This document shows, in pieces, positions 44,752-46,485 of a DNA stretch of 46,485 nucleotides. Position 1 is the stretch's first letter. Each line of letters starts with the position of its first letter. The stretch is from assembly GCA_964624395.1 (NCBI GenBank), contig CAZUWY010000004.1, positions 1 through 46,485 on the forward strand, read 5' to 3'. The notes under the pieces are model-generated. The model was given only the letters and a program-made list of their open reading frames with translations. It had not been told where the DNA came from and ran no database searches. The translations under genes were made by a program, and so were the position numbers. This DNA is from an uncultured Mageeibacillus sp. GTDB lineage: Bacteria > Bacillota > Clostridia > Saccharofermentanales > DTU023.

Positions 44752-45186
44752 CTATTTATCTTTGTCCACGACAATGCCCATACTTCTGGCTGTGCCAGCG
44801 ACCATGCGGGCGCAGGATTCCAAGGATGAGGCATTTGTGTCCACCATCTTGATTTCTGCAATGCGCAAGCATTCCGACCAGGGTATGGTTGCAACTTTTT
44901 TCTCCTGCGGTTCGCCTGATCCCAGCTGGATATTACAGGCTTTCTTTAGCAGAACGGGCACCGGTGGGGTTTTTGTAATGAAGGAGTACGAACGATCGGC
45001 GTATACGGTGATCACAACGGGGATCACAAGGCCCATATCTTTCGCTGTCTGTTCATTAAATTCCTTGACAAACTGAGCTATATTCAGTCCATGCTGGCCA
45101 AGGGCTGGTCCTACCGGTGGCGCTGGCGTTGCTTGTCCTGCAGGAATCTGCAGTTTAATATATGCAGCTACTTTCTTTTTAGCCAT
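44752..45186 (-). CDS. rplK: 50S ribosomal protein L11
   Basis: [33 protein letters not shown] is canonical L11. The start is set at the ATG at 45186, which has GGAGGTGG 4 nt upstream; the ORF track extends 5 codons further. Confidence 0.95.
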   Translation of the reverse strand: MAKKKVAAYIKLQIPAGQATPAPPVGPALGQHGLNIAQFVKEFNEQTAKDMGLVIPVVITVYADRSYSFITKTPPVPVLLKKACNIQLGSGEPQEKKVATIPWSECLRIAEIKMVDTNASSLESCARMVAGTARSMGIVVDKDK

Positions 45187-45240
45187 AAGGCCACCTCCCA
45201 AATTATTCTTAACGCCAATGGCGTTATTTGCAAAATTAAA

Positions 45241-45774
45241 TCAGATTCGTAGAATCTGTGTCCATTCCAGTTCAACCGGCGTATCTCGTCCGAACATTGA
45301 AACCAGAACAGTAACCTTTTTCTTTTCCAGATTTATTTCCTGCACTGTGCCGATAAAACTCTCCAAAGGTCCGTTGATAACTTTGACAGAGTCACCGATA
45401 TCGTAGTCAACAATGGGCTCCCAATTGGATTCTAAGCCCATGAGCATTAACTCTTCATCTGTGAGAGGCACCGGATTGGTGCTGCTGGGACCTACAAATC
45501 CAGTTACACCACGGGTATTGCGCACAATAAACCAGACTTCATCGGTCAAGATCATTTTGATCAGAACATAGCCCGGATAGAGTTTTCTTTGTACCGTGCG
45601 TCTCTTGCCGTCTTTGACTTCAACTTGTTCCTCTGTGGGGACTAAAACCTCTTGAATATAGTCTTGTATCCCACGGTTTTCGATTACCTGATCCAAAGTT
45701 GATTTGACCTTATTCTCATAGCCTGAATAAGTGTGAATGACATACCACAATGCTTCTTCTTGATTATCCGGCAT
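45241..45774 (-). CDS. nusG: transcription termination/antitermination factor NusG
   Basis: 177 aa with an NGN domain (WYVIHTYSGYENKV) and a KOW motif (GDSVKVINGPLESFIGTVQEI). It lies between secE and rplK. Confidence 0.95.
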   Translation of the reverse strand: MPDNQEEALWYVIHTYSGYENKVKSTLDQVIENRGIQDYIQEVLVPTEEQVEVKDGKRRTVQRKLYPGYVLIKMILTDEVWFIVRNTRGVTGFVGPSSTNPVPLTDEELMLMGLESNWEPIVDYDIGDSVKVINGPLESFIGTVQEINLEKKKVTVLVSMFGRDTPVELEWTQILRI

Positions 45775-45775
45775 T

Positions 45776-46066
45776 TTAATCCTCTCCTGCCAAATCAGTC
45801 ACAGCTGCTTCTTTGGCTGAGTAAAAGCCAGTAGCTGTGAACAGACCGCGGATAGTAATATCAAAGATATAAATAAGCACAGTGAACATCAAAATGATTG
45901 CCAGGACGGTTGCAGTGCTTTGCTTTAATTTCTTTTTGTCAGGCCAGACTACACGTTTAAGCTCGCCTCTAATATCGCCGATTCCACGTAATATGCGACG
46001 GAAAATATTCTCTTTTTTCTTCGTCTTGCTTTGACCTTTAGTTCCTTTGTTTTTCTTGGCAGCCAT
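45776..46066 (-). CDS. secE: preprotein translocase subunit SecE (with K-rich N-terminal extension)
   Basis: 96 aa. ELKRVVWPDKKKL is followed by a single TM span (ATVLAIILMFTVLIYIFDI), in the conserved position upstream of nusG. Confidence 0.85.
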   Translation of the reverse strand: MAAKKNKGTKGQSKTKKKENIFRRILRGIGDIRGELKRVVWPDKKKLKQSTATVLAIILMFTVLIYIFDITIRGLFTATGFYSAKEAAVTDLAGED

Positions 46067-46103
46067 CTTTCACTCCGTTTACTCTGTCAACAGGGCTGAA
46101 ATA

Positions 46104-46268
46104 TTATTTTGTTTCGACATGATCAGTGTGCTTGCGGCAAAAGCGACAATACTTCTTCAACTCAAGTTTACTAGTTGTGTTGAGCTTGTTCTTTTTGGTG
46201 TCATAATTGCGTTGTTTGCACTCGCCGCAGGCCAACACAATCCGATCTCTTGCACCTGGTTTGGCCAT
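46104..46268 (-). CDS. rpmG: 50S ribosomal protein L33 (not in the ORF track; 54 aa)
   Basis: My own translation of the minus strand is [54 protein letters not shown]. It has two CxxC zinc-ribbon pairs and GGAGGT 9 nt upstream of the ATG, in the conserved position upstream of secE. Confidence 0.9.
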   Translation of the reverse strand: MAKPGARDRIVLACGECKQRNYDTKKNKLNTTSKLELKKYCRFCRKHTDHVETK

Positions 46269-46444
46269 CTAAATACTACCTCCATCCCAGCAAATCCACT
46301 CTCTTAACAAGTGAACAGCCATATACTCTCTTAAGACAGCAAAAAAAATGCTGTGCAAAGACAAGCGTAAGCAGGATATCACAAAGGAGCAGCTATTGTC
46401 AATTGACCCAATCTAAAAGACAGTGTCACGTTAATTGCAAAAGT

Positions 46445-46469
46445 AAGTGCTCTCCTTTAAGCAGCACTT
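46445..46469 (-). terminator. possible terminator of the gene lying upstream (off-window) of rpmG
   Basis: The minus strand reads AAGTGCT-N11-AGCACTT followed by ACTTTTGC. The stem is short and the U-tract weak. Confidence 0.3.
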
Positions 46470-46485
46470 AGCTTACAAATAAGAA

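Noticed and set aside
45202-45240. Hairpin TAACGCC-AAT-GGCGTTA between nusG and rplK as a possible terminator or L1-binding leader
   Set aside because: The stem is 7 bp with a 3-nt loop and no U-tract. The 39-nt spacer is too short for the known L1-binding leader structure. It was noted but not called as a feature.

Overview
This 46.5-kb segment reads like core chromosome of an anaerobic Gram-positive (Firmicutes/Clostridia-like) bacterium; the taxon is inferred from gene content only. I found no rRNA or tRNA genes, CRISPR arrays, transposases, integrases, phage genes, or recognisable defence or toxin-antitoxin modules. Layout: (1) 0.4-2.3 kb: a TauE/SafE-family permease and a PHP-domain phosphoesterase. 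(2) 2.3-9.7 kb, minus strand: a cell-wall block of VanW-domain protein, 5xSH3b-NlpC/P60 hydrolase, DUF368 membrane protein and YkuD-type L,D-transpeptidase. The three enzymes are single-TM anchored, and the VanW and YkuD proteins carry P/T-rich linkers. (3) 9.8-22.7 kb: a complete methylaspartate-pathway glutamate fermentation locus. It comprises two-subunit Fe-S hydro-lyase, glmS-glmL-glmE, methylaspartate ammonia-lyase, an uncharacterised P-loop protein, citD-citE-citF-citC-citG, and citX-mntP on the other strand. (4) 22.9-26.2 kb: PepF, a metallophosphoesterase and a DUF2284 protein. (5) 26.2-34.5 kb: an oppABCDF operon with unusually large components. (6) 34.6-42.6 kb: a thiol-redox/export neighbourhood with a small Cys-rich tail-anchored peptide, a CBS-pair protein, a split AhpF-like pair (CPHC two-thioredoxin-fold protein plus flavoprotein reductase), a MacAB-type exporter with an aberrant adaptor, and a second TrxR-like flavoprotein lacking the NADPH HRR motif. 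(7) 42.7-46.3 kb: the conserved rpmG-secE-nusG-rplK-rplA-rplJ-rplL cluster with an L10 leader. I cannot point to an unambiguous novel system. The best candidates for undescribed biology are the P-loop/degenerate AlaX-like protein inside the glutamate fermentation operon, the 34.6-42.6 kb redox/export neighbourhood, the oversized Opp transporter, and the grouping of two unrelated L,D-transpeptidase classes with a DUF368 carrier-lipid transporter. All family calls rest on motif recognition by eye and need HMM or BLAST confirmation.
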